NCBI GenBank assembly: GCA_964291395.2
Contig: OZ219856.1
Span: forward strand, 1,792,001 to 1,856,000
From: Alphaproteobacteria bacterium
Lineage (GTDB): Bacteria > Pseudomonadota > Alphaproteobacteria > UBA2966
Reading direction: 5' to 3'
Length of the DNA stretch: 64,000 bases
A program made the position numbers and the translations under genes. Under the pieces are notes generated by a model. It had not been told where the DNA came from, made no database searches, and was given only the letters and a program-made list of their open reading frames with translations. Below, one piece after another: positions 1-11,115 of this stretch (position 1 is the stretch's first letter; the number at the start of each line of letters is the position of its first letter).

Positions 1-1964
1 AATTCGAGATACCAGTCGCAAAAGGTTCCCCACGTTCCGCGATAGGCAGCGCCCGCCGCTTCGTTGAAACGGTATGCCTCGATCTCCTCGGCGACTCTTC
101 GGCTGAGGCGGCCGACCTCACCGACTATCCATCTGTTGACGGTCAAGCGGCATGCCGTGGGGTCGAACCCGTTCACGTCGCAGCATTCGTTCATCTCGCA
201 GAAGCGCGCCGCATTCCAGAGTTTGGTGGCGAAATTGCGGTAACCCTCGATGCGGCTGTGTGACAGCTTGACGTCCCGGCCTTGCGCCGCCATGGCTGCC
301 AGGGTGAAGCGCAGGGCATCGGCGCCCGGACCGTCCGCGACCGCCAGGGGATCCATGATGTTCCCCTTGCTCTTCGACATCTTTTGGCCTTTTTCGTCGC
401 GCACGAGCGCGTGGATGTAGACCGTGTGGAAGGGAACCTCGTCCATGAAGTGCAGGCCCATCATCATCATCCGGGCGACCCAGAAGAAGATGATGTCGAA
501 ACCCGTGACCAGAACGTCGGTCGGGTAGTGGCGCTCAAGCTCGGGCGTCTCGTCGGGCCAGCCCAGCGTGGAGAAGGGCCACAACGCGGACGAGAACCAC
601 GTGTCGAGCACGTCTTCGTCTCGTGTCAGCTCGACGGACTTGCCGTAATGAGCCTCGGCGGCAGACCTAGCCTCCTCTTCCGTGCGCTCGACGAAGATCT
701 CACCGTCGGGGCCATACCACGCAGGGATCTGATGTCCCCACCACAGCTGCCGTGAAACACACCACGGCTGGATGTTCTCCATCCACTCGAAATAAGTGCG
801 CTCCCAGTGTCTCGGGACGAAGACGGTGCGCCCCGACCTCACCGCCTCAATCGCAGGTTTGGCGAGCGTCGCCGCATCGACGTACCACTGGTCGGTCAGC
901 CAAGGCTCGATGACCACGCCCGACCGGTCCCCATAGGGCACGACGTGCGTATGCTCCTCCACCTTCTCGACAAGATCCCGCGCTTCCAGATTCGCAACGA
1001 CCTTGTCCCGCGCGTCATAGCGATCGAGACCGCGATAAGCCTCCGGCGCGGCGTCGTTGATCACTGCGTCCTCATCGAGGACGTTCACCAGCTCGAGATC
1101 GTGCCTTCGGCCCACTTCGAAATCGTTGAAATCGTGTGCCGGCGTGATCTTGACCGCGCCCGAGCCCTGTTCCGGGTCGGCGTGCTCATCCGCGACGATC
1201 CGCAGCAGTCGTCCCACCAAAGGCAGCACGGCGTACCTGCCTATCAAATCCCTGTATCGGTCATCATCCGGATGTACCGCGACGGCCGTATCGCCGAGCA
1301 TCGTCTCGGGCCGGGTTGTGGCCACCACGATGACGCGCCCCTCTTCTCCCTCGATGGGATAACGTATGTGCCAGAGGTGCCCTCGAATTTCCCGCTGCTC
1401 GACTTCAAGGTCGGAAATCGCCGTGTGCAGCTTCGGGTCCCAGTTGACCAGACGCTTGTCCTTATAGATAAGCCCCTGTTTGTAAAGGGTGACGAACACC
1501 TGCAGCACCGCCTGCGACAGGCCCTCGTCCATCGTGAACCGCTCGCGTTCCCAATCGCACGAGGCACCCAGCCGGCGCAGTTGATTGGCAATCGTGCCGC
1601 CTGATTCGGCTTTCCACGCCCAGACACGGTCGATAAAGGCCTCGCGCCCAAGATCGTGTCGGCTCACACCCTCGGCGTCCAATTGTCGCTCGACCACCAT
1701 CTGAGTCGCGATACCGGCATGGTCCATGCCCGGTTGCCACAACGCGTCCCGTCCCCGCATGCGTTCATAACGGATCAGAACGTCCTGCAACGTGTTGTTC
1801 AGAGCATGCCCCATGTGGAGGCTGCCCGTGACGTTGGGAGGCGGTATGACGATCGTATAAGGGGCGGCGTCGTGACGTTTGCCCGCCGCGAAGGCACCCG
1901 CCTCTTCCCAAAGCCGGTATTGCTTCTCTTCGATCTCCTGCGGTCTGTATGATTTCTCCAGCAC
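1..1964 (-). CDS. valS: Valine--tRNA ligase, N-terminal ~650 aa (runs off the left edge)
   Basis: Read by hand on the minus strand: GTG start at 1964 ([14 protein letters not shown]), [18 protein letters not shown]-type motif near 1805-1845, [24 protein letters not shown], and [10 protein letters not shown] near 361-390. Confidence 0.97.
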   Translation of the reverse strand, partial: MLEKSYRPQEIEEKQYRLWEEAGAFAAGKRHDAAPYTIVIPPPNVTGSLHMGHALNNTLQDVLIRYERMRGRDALWQPGMDHAGIATQMVVERQLDAEGVSRHDLGREAFIDRVWAWKAESGGTIANQLRRLGASCDWERERFTMDEGLSQAVLQVFVTLYKQGLIYKDKRLVNWDPKLHTAISDLEVEQREIRGHLWHIRYPIEGEEGRVIVVATTRPETMLGDTAVAVHPDDDRYRDLIGRYAVLPLVGRLLRIVADEHADPEQGSGAVKITPAHDFNDFEVGRRHDLELVNVLDEDAVINDAAPEAYRGLDRYDARDKVVANLEARDLVEKVEEHTHVVPYGDRSGVVIEPWLTDQWYVDAATLAKPAIEAVRSGRTVFVPRHWERTYFEWMENIQPWCVSRQLWWGHQIPAWYGPDGEIFVERTEEEARSAAEAHYGKSVELTRDEDVLDTWFSSALWPFSTLGWPDETPELERHYPTDVLVTGFDIIFFWVARMMMMGLHFMDEVPFHTVYIHALVRDEKGQKMSKSKGNIMDPLAVADGPGADALRFTLAAMAAQGRDVKLSHSRIEGYRNFATKLWNAARFCEMNECCDVNGFDPTACRLTVNRWIVGEVGRLSRRVAEEIEAYRFNEAAGAAYRGTWGTFCDWYLE

Positions 1965-2076
1965 CGCCTACCACCTTTCGCGCACACGACGCTTGCGGCG
2001 GAACCCCTTTGGCCCGGACGAACAAGCGTCAGATCACAAATACGATTGAGGCCTTAAGGCCCCGGCAGGCGGAAAT

Positions 2077-2658
2077 CTAATCTTCGTCGACAGGCCCGGC
2101 AAGTTTCGCGATTTCACGTTCCACCGTCCGCGAAACGATGGGTTGCAGGTTGTTATCGAGCCAATCCTTCAACATCGGACGGAGGAGTTCTTTAACCAAG
2201 TCCTCCAGCGTCCGGTGCGCCGCTCCAAGCTGGAGTCCTTGAGCGCTCGACACCGCACTTGTAAAATTCGCCAAGTCCTCCGTGGTTTGCTCCTCGGCTT
2301 CACGCGAGATCAAACCTTCGCTCTCCGCATCCGTCGTGGCCGGGGCACTCGAAGCGAAAGATTCAGGCTCCGGCTCGTATTCGGATCCCGTTTCGAATAC
2401 AAGCCCGGGCTCTTCCTCGATCACGTCATCGAGAATCAGGAACTCCGGTTCGTCCTCTTCTTCGAGGACCTCGGTGAGCTCGAAGACCTCTTCTTCGTGT
2501 TCTTCTCGGGAAAGCTCGAGAATCGGCTCGAGTTCGGCTTCAGGTGCGAGCTCCTGCAAAACCAGGACGTTCTCGTCGTCAACCTCGTCCCCGGACTCTT
2601 CTGCCGCCTCGTCGTCCTCCGAAATGATACGGCGGATCGACGCGAGGATCTCCTCCAT
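2077..2658 (-). CDS. popZ: Polar organizing protein PopZ (DUF2497)
   Basis: N-terminal EPTMEEILASIRRII helix, acidic Pro/Glu-rich linker, C-terminal TLEDLVKELLRPMLKDWLDNNL. Lies between tolC and valS. The true start may be ~11 codons upstream. Confidence 0.93.
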   Translation of the reverse strand: MEEILASIRRIISEDDEAAEESGDEVDDENVLVLQELAPEAELEPILELSREEHEEEVFELTEVLEEEDEPEFLILDDVIEEEPGLVFETGSEYEPEPESFASSAPATTDAESEGLISREAEEQTTEDLANFTSAVSSAQGLQLGAAHRTLEDLVKELLRPMLKDWLDNNLQPIVSRTVEREIAKLAGPVDED

Positions 2659-2786
2659 TGTCGGTTCTGACTGGTCTTCCGCGTCGCTCAGCGTTGAATC
2701 TCCGGTCTATCGCCGACCCCGGCGAAATCGGCTGGGAGCGCACGGCCCTCTACCGACGCAGGCCCCATACATTGAAAGTCCGATGT

Positions 2787-4145
2787 TCATTGCCATGGAC
2801 GGTCCGGACCCCATCGCACACTCCGCACGTTACGGTAATGCGCTTCTGCGTCGTACAGTTCCACGGGAAGCTCCAAATTGGTGGCGGTCAAACCTCCGAC
2901 CGCTGCGGCCAGCTCGAACGAAGCGACAAATTCGTCCCGCTCGGCGACAACTAACGCGACACGCGCGTCGAGGAGTTCCTGTTCGGCGTCGAGCACATCG
3001 AGCGTTGTCCGCGCACCAACGATCGACTCCTGGCGCACGCCTTCCAGAGCGATCTCCGCGGCGCGCACTTCATCCCGCCGCGATTGAATTTCGGCGCGCG
3101 CGGTATTCAGGGCCTCCCAGGCCTGGGTCACTCCTTCAACTATCTCACGACGCGTTTCCTCAACTTCGACGCGACGCCGTGAATTGATTTCGCGGCTTTG
3201 GCGGATCTCCGAATACGCGGAACCGGCTTGATAGAGGGGAATCGTGACCTGCGCGGAAATTCCGTAGTCGTCCGTCTCGTCCACCGTGATCGACACGTCT
3301 TCCCGGTGACTGATGTCTCCTTTCAGCCGCACCTCCGGGAGCAGACGGCCCCGGGAAACATCGATCGCATGGCGCGACGCTTCTTCACCGGCCCGCGCGG
3401 CATGAAGCAAAGGATTGTTCTCCATCGCGATGTCGATCGCAATCGCCTCGTTTTCCGGCAAATCCAGCAATCGCGGTGCCGGCTCCAGTGTTCCGGGTGC
3501 GTTGCCCACAAGCCGAGCATAGGCGGCCCGTGACGACACGAGGTTGCCCTCGGCCTGCACGCGGTCCGACACTGAACGAGAGAGCCGGGCTTCGGCTTGC
3601 GCGACATCCGTGCGGGTAATCTCGCCTACTTGGAAGCGATCTCGCGTCGCTTCCAGCTGACGCTCCAGGACCTGAACGTTGCTCCGGTTGAGCCCTACCA
3701 CTGCTTCGTCGCGGAGCACATTGATGTACGCGATGGACGTCGACAGGAGCACGTTCTGTTCGACCGTCAGCAAACGCGCCCGTTCCGCCCGTACCTCGCT
3801 CTCCGCCCGCTGCGTTCCGGCCATGGTACGGCCGCCGCGATAGAGCGGCTGAATCACCGACAGCTCCCCCGACCATGGCGTAAGAGTCTCGGCGCCGAGC
3901 TTGTCACTTTCGCTACGGTCAACGCCAACACTGCTGTGGATCTCGACCGTAGGCCGCCACCCCGAGAGCGCCTGAGGCACATTTTCGTCAACCGCGCGAA
4001 GCTGCGCCCGACCGGCTTCCAAGGTGGGATTGTTCAAGTAAGCAGCCACCAATGCATCAACAAGCGTCTCGGCCGAGACGGGTACCGCCAACACGGCCGC
4101 CAACACCCCAATTCCCGTGGCAAACGAATGCCTTAACATTGCCAA
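2787..4145 (-). CDS. tolC: TolC-family type I secretion outer membrane protein
   Basis: Signal peptide, AETLVDALVAAYLNNPTL, RFQVGEITRTDVAQAEARL, VGARTTLDVLDAEQE. Confidence 0.95.
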   Translation of the reverse strand: MAMLRHSFATGIGVLAAVLAVPVSAETLVDALVAAYLNNPTLEAGRAQLRAVDENVPQALSGWRPTVEIHSSVGVDRSESDKLGAETLTPWSGELSVIQPLYRGGRTMAGTQRAESEVRAERARLLTVEQNVLLSTSIAYINVLRDEAVVGLNRSNVQVLERQLEATRDRFQVGEITRTDVAQAEARLSRSVSDRVQAEGNLVSSRAAYARLVGNAPGTLEPAPRLLDLPENEAIAIDIAMENNPLLHAARAGEEASRHAIDVSRGRLLPEVRLKGDISHREDVSITVDETDDYGISAQVTIPLYQAGSAYSEIRQSREINSRRRVEVEETRREIVEGVTQAWEALNTARAEIQSRRDEVRAAEIALEGVRQESIVGARTTLDVLDAEQELLDARVALVVAERDEFVASFELAAAVGGLTATNLELPVELYDAEAHYRNVRSVRWGPDRPWQ

Positions 4146-4319
4146 ATCCTGTCAAGCGAGACGTGGAAGAGTTCCAAATTCACCGTGCCGTGAATGACCT
4201 GAAACCGGCACGGCGGAAAGCCCCGATACCCCCATATTGGCACATCGTCTGGCCCATGCAAGCACCGTTTCGCACTAGATATAGAACGTGGGCGGGGTAC
4301 TCTCCGCGGCTCAGACGAC

Positions 4320-4988
4320 TCAAAATATGAACCTGCCCAAGCGCTCGAATCCGGTGAGATAGGGAACCTGCCCGTCGAATAAGGTGATTGAATCGACTTG
4401 TCCGTCGTGCCGAATTACCAACGTCCCTTTGCCGACTGCACTGCTTCCTACGACGGTAACGAGGCGCCCCCCCTCCGCTAACTGATCGACCAATGTGGCA
4501 GGAACTTCGGCGACGGCACCGTTGATGACGATCACGTCATAAGGCGCTTCCGTCGCGTATCCCTGGGTTAAGGTGCCGGCGACGACCGCCACGTTGTCGA
4601 CCGAGAGGCGTTCGAGATTTCCGGAAGCCCAGTCGCGCAATTTCTGATCCGATTCCAAAGCCACGACCGTGCCCGCGAGGCGTGCGATCACTGCGGCGGA
4701 GTACCCGCTGCCGCAGCCGACGTCGAGGACCATGTCGCTCGCATCGATGTCCGCTGCCTGCAACAGACGCGCGAATACGCGTGGTTCCATCAGATAGCGG
4801 CCGGACGCGATTTCCAGGTCTTCGTCGACATAGGCCACGGCCTTGAGCTGTTCGGGCACGAATTGCTCGCGGGGAACGTCCCCCATCGCCTCTCGAATAC
4901 GCCCGTCGGAAACACGGTCCGGTTGCAGCTGGCTGAGGATCATGCTTTCGCGAGCAGCGGCGAAGTCGCTCATGGAATCTGGCTCCAA
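4320..4988 (-). CDS. pcm: Protein-L-isoaspartate O-methyltransferase
   Basis: SAM motif VLDVGCGSGY, VPREQFVP, APYDVIVING; conserved position upstream of tolC. Confidence 0.92.
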   Translation of the reverse strand: MEPDSMSDFAAARESMILSQLQPDRVSDGRIREAMGDVPREQFVPEQLKAVAYVDEDLEIASGRYLMEPRVFARLLQAADIDASDMVLDVGCGSGYSAAVIARLAGTVVALESDQKLRDWASGNLERLSVDNVAVVAGTLTQGYATEAPYDVIVINGAVAEVPATLVDQLAEGGRLVTVVGSSAVGKGTLVIRHDGQVDSITLFDGQVPYLTGFERLGRFIF

Positions 4989-5163
4989 GGCATCCGGTCC
5001 GCCGTATATACAAGCCGCTCTTCAACGTTGGCAACACGCCGATTGAACTCAAGCGCATGCAGACCGCTCGGGCAGCGCAGGTAGCGCATTCATGGAGCGA
5101 CACGACTTCGTTCTCGCTCCGGAACGCGCGGTCTGCTACACACGCATCTGCAAAGCCATGTGA

Positions 5164-5237
5164 GGCCAGGTGGCGGAGTGGCTACGCACCGGCCTGCAAA
5201 GCCGTGTACACCGGTTCGATTCCGGTCCTGGCCTCCA
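5164..5237 (+). tRNA. tRNA-Cys (GCA)
   Basis: GGCCAGG/CCTGGCC acceptor stem, anticodon arm CGGC-CT-GCA-AA-GCCG, GGTTCGATTCC T-arm, 3' TCCA. Confidence 0.97.
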
Positions 5238-5525
5238 CTCTTCCGATCCGGTGAATTCAGCAGTATCGCACTCCGCACGAACTTCTTCTCCGCTGGCAAA
5301 TTACGGATAATCGAACCAGGCCGATTTGAGGCTGGTCTGTTTGAGAATCGGTTGAAGTTTGAGACGCTGGAAGCTTTCTCGATATCCTCCGCCCTTGGTA
5401 TGCAGACCGTGATGTCGCTCACGCAGTAGTTTCCACCGGGGGCGAGGCCGATTTCAGAAAACCAACACGGCGGTGCTTGGGATTCCGGGGAGCACATCGA
5501 TTCCCGCGTTGCCAACCGAGGCGGC

Positions 5526-6620
5526 ATGGACATCGTGAGCGCCGCCGCCGAAGGCAGCGTACCCGAACCGCAAAGAATTCAGTTCGCTGGGCGCGGGTCC
5601 GAATATTTCGGCATCTGGATCGTCAACGTGCTCCTGTCTGTCGTCACATTCGGCATTTGGACCGCCTGGGCCAAGGTCAGGCGCGTGCAGTACTTTAACG
5701 GTCGCACTCTTGTTCTGGGCGATCCGCTCGAATATCACGCAACGGGATGGATGATTTTCAAGGGGCGCTTTCTTGCGTTCCTCGTGCTCATCGCATTTTC
5801 CATCCTGTCCAATGTCCTCGGAACCGTTCACCCTGCCGCCCCAGCAATCCCAACCCTGACTCTGTTCGCCCTTTACCCTTGGGTGATCAATCGGTCGTTG
5901 AGATTCTCCGCCCGCATGACTTCCTGGCGGAACGTGAGGTTCAATTGGCAGGGGACCTATTGGGGCGTGACCAAGATTTATTTCGTTTGGCCATTGCTTG
6001 GCCTCTTGACGTTAGGTGCCTGCTTCCCCTTGGCGGCCCGAGCCTTGCGCCACTACGTGGCCAACAACTATCTGTTTGGGACCACGCGGTTCTCCGCCCG
6101 TACACCCATCGGGCCCTATTACGTCGCCTTTGGCTGGAGTCTGCTGTTCTTCCTCTCCGTCGCGGTTGGCGCAGCGGGATTGCTCTTGCTCTTCTCGATC
6201 GCGAGTGGTGCCAATTCCTCGATAGACGAAACGGGCTTGATCATCGGGATCGCTCAAGGGGCCGGAGTTCTGCTGGGTATACTGTCCGTCATCTTGCTCA
6301 TGTTGTCTGGCTTGGTATTCACCGCCCTCACGCGGAACATCATCGTCAGCGCCCTTCGTCTCGGAGGTGCCGCGACATTCGAATCCGACCTCAAACCCCT
6401 GCGATTTGTTTGGATTGCGTTCTCCAATCTCATCATCTCGGTGGCCACCTTCTTCCTTTTGCTGCCTTGGGCGCAGGTCCGGGCATTTCGATATCAAGCC
6501 GAACACGTGACGGTGGCGCCGAAGGTACCCGTTTCGACCTTCGTCGACCGAGAAACACAGCAAATCGCGGCCTTTGGAGAGGAGTTTGCCGAATTGGAAG
6601 GTCTTGACGTGACGATATGA
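5526..6620 (+). CDS. YjgN/DUF898 family inner membrane protein
   Basis: FAGRGSEYFGIWIVNVLLSVVTFGIWTAWAKVRR signature; multiple TM segments; paired with an M48 peptidase. Confidence 0.9.
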   Translation: MDIVSAAAEGSVPEPQRIQFAGRGSEYFGIWIVNVLLSVVTFGIWTAWAKVRRVQYFNGRTLVLGDPLEYHATGWMIFKGRFLAFLVLIAFSILSNVLGTVHPAAPAIPTLTLFALYPWVINRSLRFSARMTSWRNVRFNWQGTYWGVTKIYFVWPLLGLLTLGACFPLAARALRHYVANNYLFGTTRFSARTPIGPYYVAFGWSLLFFLSVAVGAAGLLLLFSIASGANSSIDETGLIIGIAQGAGVLLGILSVILLMLSGLVFTALTRNIIVSALRLGGAATFESDLKPLRFVWIAFSNLIISVATFFLLLPWAQVRAFRYQAEHVTVAPKVPVSTFVDRETQQIAAFGEEFAELEGLDVTI

Positions 6621-7651
6621 TCGTTGATGGATACCTCTACGATCGAGCCTCCTCGAACCGCGTCACAGCTCACCTGTCCAGTCGCCAGAATGGATATGTT
6701 CTGATGACGGACGGCGACAGCTTTGAAATGACCATCGATATCGTCTCGGCGTCCCCCTTCATCAATGGCATCCCCCAACGATTGGTCATTTCGACCGGCC
6801 AGACCTTTGTACCTTTCGACGAACTCCCGGAAGGATTCCTCAAAGCGAAACCAAGTCGATTCTGGCGCGCGCTCTCCAAAGCGGAGCGGTTCTCGCCACG
6901 AAATGTCATCATCTGCATCGCACTTCTGGCGGGGGTTGTCCTTTCCGCGCGGGCCGCGCTTCCCACGCTGGCTGACGCGGCCGCGAACCTCGTTCCGGCT
7001 TCTCTCGAGGCCGCCGTCGGTCAGAGCACGTTTGAATACTTCGAGCGCTGGCTGTTGGAGCCGAGCGACCTGAGTCCAGCGCGAAGAGCCGCTCTGAGAA
7101 GCGCGGCGGAAACGCTGGCCGATCTGCGAGGGATGCCCGAACCGCCGGCGGTTGTATTCAGAAGCGCGCCGAAGATCGGCGCGAATGCCTTCGCGTTTCC
7201 CGGCGGACCGATCGTCGTGACCGACCGGCTCGTAGATGTCGTAGGTTCGGATGACCGGATCCTGGCGGTGATGGCACACGAGTTGGGTCATGTCGAAGAA
7301 CGGCATGCCGTGCGACAAATCCTCAGGGCGGCCGGATTGCTGATTCTGTTCAGCACAATCCTCGGCGCCGACGAAGTCGTCGTCGAGGAACTATCGGCGT
7401 TCGCCCTGTCCTTGGGGACATCCGGCTATTCAAGAGAGTTCGAAAGCGCCGCGGACGACTATGCCGTTCGGTTGCTAAGCGACGCCGGTCACTCACCCGA
7501 GGCCTTCATCGCGGCCCTGGAATCCCTGGCGGCGGAATGCAAACCGCAGTGCGGGGAAGAGAGTTGGTTCTCCACCCACCCGAGTATCGAAACACGCATC
7601 AAGGCCCTCAGAGAGTTCGCCAGGGAACCCAGCGGCAACACGAGGCGATAG
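6617..7651 (+). CDS. M48 family metallopeptidase
   Basis: NAFAFPGG, HELGH (HEXXH), YSREFESAAD, STHP; ATGA overlap with the upstream gene. Confidence 0.92.
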   Translation: MIVDGYLYDRASSNRVTAHLSSRQNGYVLMTDGDSFEMTIDIVSASPFINGIPQRLVISTGQTFVPFDELPEGFLKAKPSRFWRALSKAERFSPRNVIICIALLAGVVLSARAALPTLADAAANLVPASLEAAVGQSTFEYFERWLLEPSDLSPARRAALRSAAETLADLRGMPEPPAVVFRSAPKIGANAFAFPGGPIVVTDRLVDVVGSDDRILAVMAHELGHVEERHAVRQILRAAGLLILFSTILGADEVVVEELSAFALSLGTSGYSREFESAADDYAVRLLSDAGHSPEAFIAALESLAAECKPQCGEESWFSTHPSIETRIKALREFAREPSGNTRR

Positions 7652-7973
7652 TGTGATGAGTCGATGCTTCGGAAGCCGACTGAGCTTGAGGTGGTTCAAG
7701 TTTGACTTGAACTGCCCTGGCATTGTTCGTCGCCTATGGTGGTGGTGGATGTGGTCGTGCGGAGTAAGACAAAGTCGGCATCGAGATGGCCTGTCTCCTA
7801 AAGTGTCAGACCGCTTAGCTGGGCCGGGCCACAAAGAGTATCTTGCTCGATACGCAGCCGGGGAAACCCCGCCGTCTCGTATGCCCTGAGCTGGGATACG
7901 GGGTTGACGCCGGACACCCCCTGCTCCGAAGCTGCCCAAAAGCGGTCTCGATTCCCGCCTCCTCCGAGGTTCC

Positions 7974-8711
7974 GTGGCTCCAGACGACCTGTTCACTTCC
8001 GGGCTCCTGCTCGCTGCCGCGATCGCGGCGGTGGGAGGTGTCTTGCGGGGGTTCACCGGCACCGGGAATTCGATGCTAATGACCCCGCTGTACGCTCTCA
8101 TCTTCGGACCCGTGCCGACGGTGGCGCTCATCGTCCTGTTCGACGTCGCCGTGGCAATCCCGCTCATGCGGCACGCGTTTCGTCTTACGCGCTGGCGTAT
8201 CGTCCTGCCGCTGGCCGTCGCATCGTGGATCACCATGCCCATCGGCACGTGGCTGCTCATTCACCTCGACCCCGACATCATGAAGAAAGTCATGGCCTTC
8301 GCCGTACTGGTCTTTTCACTCGTTCTGCTGACCGGCTGGCGTTACCGGGGAAGCGTTGGCACGCCGGTCACCCTTGCGGTCGGAGCCGTCACCGGGGTGT
8401 CCGTGGGCGCCACTGCGATGGGCGGGCCGATCTACAACCTATACATCCTCAATTCCCCTGGCGATCACCACGCCCACCGGGCCGCCTTCAACAGCCTCAT
8501 TTCTCTGACCGCGGCCGCCGTACTGCTGTTGCTGATCCTTAACGACGCAGTTGCCGTGCTCACGCTGTGGCAGGCCGCCGTCATCTTCCCGGTGTTCGCG
8601 TCGTTCATCTGGGTCGGAAGTCACCTCTTCCGACGTGCCGACGAACAAATCTTCCGCCGCACAGTGTTGATCGTGCTGGCGGGCATGGGTGTCGTGATCC
8701 TTTTCGCATGA
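7974..8711 (+). CDS. TauE/SafE family (sulfite exporter-like) membrane protein
   Basis: GGVLRGFTGTG and GATAMGGP repeats, about 8 TM helices. Confidence 0.85.
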   Translation: MAPDDLFTSGLLLAAAIAAVGGVLRGFTGTGNSMLMTPLYALIFGPVPTVALIVLFDVAVAIPLMRHAFRLTRWRIVLPLAVASWITMPIGTWLLIHLDPDIMKKVMAFAVLVFSLVLLTGWRYRGSVGTPVTLAVGAVTGVSVGATAMGGPIYNLYILNSPGDHHAHRAAFNSLISLTAAAVLLLLILNDAVAVLTLWQAAVIFPVFASFIWVGSHLFRRADEQIFRRTVLIVLAGMGVVILFA

Positions 8712-8819
8712 CGCACCACAAATCCGCACGTCGTTGATAGGAACGGGGAACGGCCTATAGACTTTGCCGGCGGTCGCATCAAGCTCGCCGCTGGGTCGAC
8801 CGTTCGCAGGGAGGGCTTC

Positions 8820-10283
8820 ATGGCCGTCGAAAGCCACCGATTCGATGTCGTTGTAGTAGGGCACGGCGTTGCCGGGATGTGCGCGGCGTTGACCGCACAC
8901 CAACAAGGCGCCTCCGTGTGCGTCCTGGAGCGAGCCCCAAAGGAGGATCGCGGAGGCAACACCCGGTGGACCGAGGCGTTCTGGCGCATGAAATCCCATG
9001 AGGAGGTCGCGGACGACCTCGAAGATCACATCGCGGAACGCACGGGTGGCTACCTCGAGCCCGAACTCGTCCACTCGATGAATCAGAGTTCCGAAACGTG
9101 GCCCGGGTACCTGCGCGCCATGAGCTTTCCCGACCCCGAATTGATCTCCATGTTCGCAGAACAGGCCCCGCCTACCCTGGCGTGGCTCGAGGACCAGGGA
9201 TTACGCTTCGATTTCCTGCCTATCCACCAGATCGTCCAATCCTTTCCCAAGCTCGCCCCCGTCGGCGGCGGATTGCAGATCGTTGAATCCCTCGTTGAAA
9301 AGCTTGAGGCCGACGACGTGCCCATCTTTTACCGGACGACCGCCCGCGGCCTGATCCAGGACGGGGACGGAGCGGTCATCGGGGTCAACGCCGTGGAACG
9401 GCGCAACAAACCGATGCAATTCCGCGGCCGCGCCGTCATTCTGGCGTGCGGCGGGTACGAAGGAAATCCGGAGATGATGACGCACTACATCGGCCGCAAC
9501 GCCGTCAACGTGCGTCCGGTGGCGCGTGGGGGCTACTACAACAAGGGTGAGGGCATCCGCATGGCGCTCGACATCGGAGCGGCACCCGCCGGCGAGTACG
9601 GCAACTTCCACGCCGAGCCCATCGATCCCCGCGCTAGCGGTCCGGAACCCGCCGTCATGATCTTTCCCTACGGCATTCTGGTGAACAAACATGGCCAACG
9701 GTTCATCGACGAATCACCGGGCCCGGTTGACCGGACCTACGAGCCGATCTGCTACCGCCTCCTCAACGAAGACGATGGCATCGCCTACATCATCTGCGAC
9801 GACAAGCTCGAGGACGTACCCAACTACCAGCGCGCCATCCGCAGCGAAGTCCCGCCGGTAACCGCGAACAGCATCGGGGCGCTGGCGAACGAACTCGGCA
9901 TACCCGGCGACGCCTTGCAGGAGACCGTGACGCTCTACAATGCCGCCTGTCCCGCCGACGGCGAGTTCAAGCCCGAAGAGGTCGATGGCCTCGCGACCCG
10001 GGGGCTGCAGCCCCGCAAATCGAACTGGGCGCGGGCACTGGACAGGCCCCCTTTCCGCGCCTGGCCGATGAGCGTCTCCAACGTTTTCACCTTCGGGGGA
10101 CTCAAGGTGAACACCAAGGCCCAGGTCCTGAATAGCGATGGCGAGGTGATCCCGGGGCTTTACGCGGCGGGCGAGGTCGTGGGCATCTACTACCGCTATT
10201 ACACGGGCGCGACCTCCGTGATGCGGGGCGCCACCTTCGGCTGCATCGCCGGGCGCGACGCCGCCCAACTGCAAGCACCCTGA
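8820..10283 (+). CDS. FAD-dependent oxidoreductase, tricarballylate dehydrogenase TcuA-like (FAD_binding_2)
   Basis: VVVVGHGVAG, RGGNTRWT, LACGGYEGN, FTFGGLKVN, GLYAAGE. Confidence 0.85.
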   Translation: MAVESHRFDVVVVGHGVAGMCAALTAHQQGASVCVLERAPKEDRGGNTRWTEAFWRMKSHEEVADDLEDHIAERTGGYLEPELVHSMNQSSETWPGYLRAMSFPDPELISMFAEQAPPTLAWLEDQGLRFDFLPIHQIVQSFPKLAPVGGGLQIVESLVEKLEADDVPIFYRTTARGLIQDGDGAVIGVNAVERRNKPMQFRGRAVILACGGYEGNPEMMTHYIGRNAVNVRPVARGGYYNKGEGIRMALDIGAAPAGEYGNFHAEPIDPRASGPEPAVMIFPYGILVNKHGQRFIDESPGPVDRTYEPICYRLLNEDDGIAYIICDDKLEDVPNYQRAIRSEVPPVTANSIGALANELGIPGDALQETVTLYNAACPADGEFKPEEVDGLATRGLQPRKSNWARALDRPPFRAWPMSVSNVFTFGGLKVNTKAQVLNSDGEVIPGLYAAGEVVGIYYRYYTGATSVMRGATFGCIAGRDAAQLQAP

Positions 10284-10303
10284 CCGGCTCTATGGAGCCC
10301 CGC

Positions 10304-11068
10304 ATGAGACTCGAAGGTCGAACCGCCCTGATCACCGGCGCTGCCGGCGGAATCGGCAGCGCGACGGCCAGGGCGTTCGCCCGCGAAGGGGCGGACCTCT
10401 GCCTTTCCGACATCGGGGACACCGCTACCGTCACATCCGAGGTCAAGGCACTCGGACGGCGAGCGATCGAAACTCGGACGGACGTGACCAGCCGCGCCGA
10501 AATCCGGAACATGGTCGACAAGGCGGTCGAAGCCTTCGGCCGTATCGACGTTCTCGTGACCGTGGCCGGGGTGACATCGCTCGGTGATGCCGAGTCGCTC
10601 GGCGAGGCGGAGTGGGACCGCGTTATCGACATCAACCTCAAGGGCACATGGCTGTGCTGCCAAGCGATCATTGCCCAGATGCGCCGGCAGCAGTACGGCC
10701 GTATCGTCACGGTCGGCTCTCTGATCGGAAAGAACGGAGGTAACCCCCGCCCGTGGATCAACCCGGAGGAACAAGCGGGATCATCCAACGTCGCCTATGG
10801 CGCCTCAAAGGCCGGCGTTCACGCTGTGACCCATTTCTTGGCGAAGGAACTCGCGGCCGACGGGATCACCGTCAATTCGGTTTCGCCGGGACCCATCGCC
10901 ACGAAGATGACGGCGAATATCAGTCTGCAGCTTGACGAGATCATTCCGGTGGGCCGTATGGGGACGACGGACGAAGTGGCGGACGCCATCCTGTTTCTGG
11001 CCAGCGAGTCGAGCGGCTTCATCACGGGCGAAACCCTCGACATCAACGGCGGCATCATGGTCGACTGA
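10304..11068 (+). CDS. SDR family oxidoreductase
   Basis: TGAAGGIG, YGASK, NSVSPG, ITGETLDINGG. Confidence 0.92.
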   Translation: MRLEGRTALITGAAGGIGSATARAFAREGADLCLSDIGDTATVTSEVKALGRRAIETRTDVTSRAEIRNMVDKAVEAFGRIDVLVTVAGVTSLGDAESLGEAEWDRVIDINLKGTWLCCQAIIAQMRRQQYGRIVTVGSLIGKNGGNPRPWINPEEQAGSSNVAYGASKAGVHAVTHFLAKELAADGITVNSVSPGPIATKMTANISLQLDEIIPVGRMGTTDEVADAILFLASESSGFITGETLDINGGIMVD

Positions 11069-11115
11069 CGGTCGGTCTTCTGCATTCACACATCGCACCG
11101 GGCGTGGGAGGACAT

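Noticed and set aside
7700-7830. TGAACTGCCCTGG… resembling an IS3-type terminus, plus a (GGT)n run
   Set aside because: No partner inverted repeat or transposase remnant could be identified.
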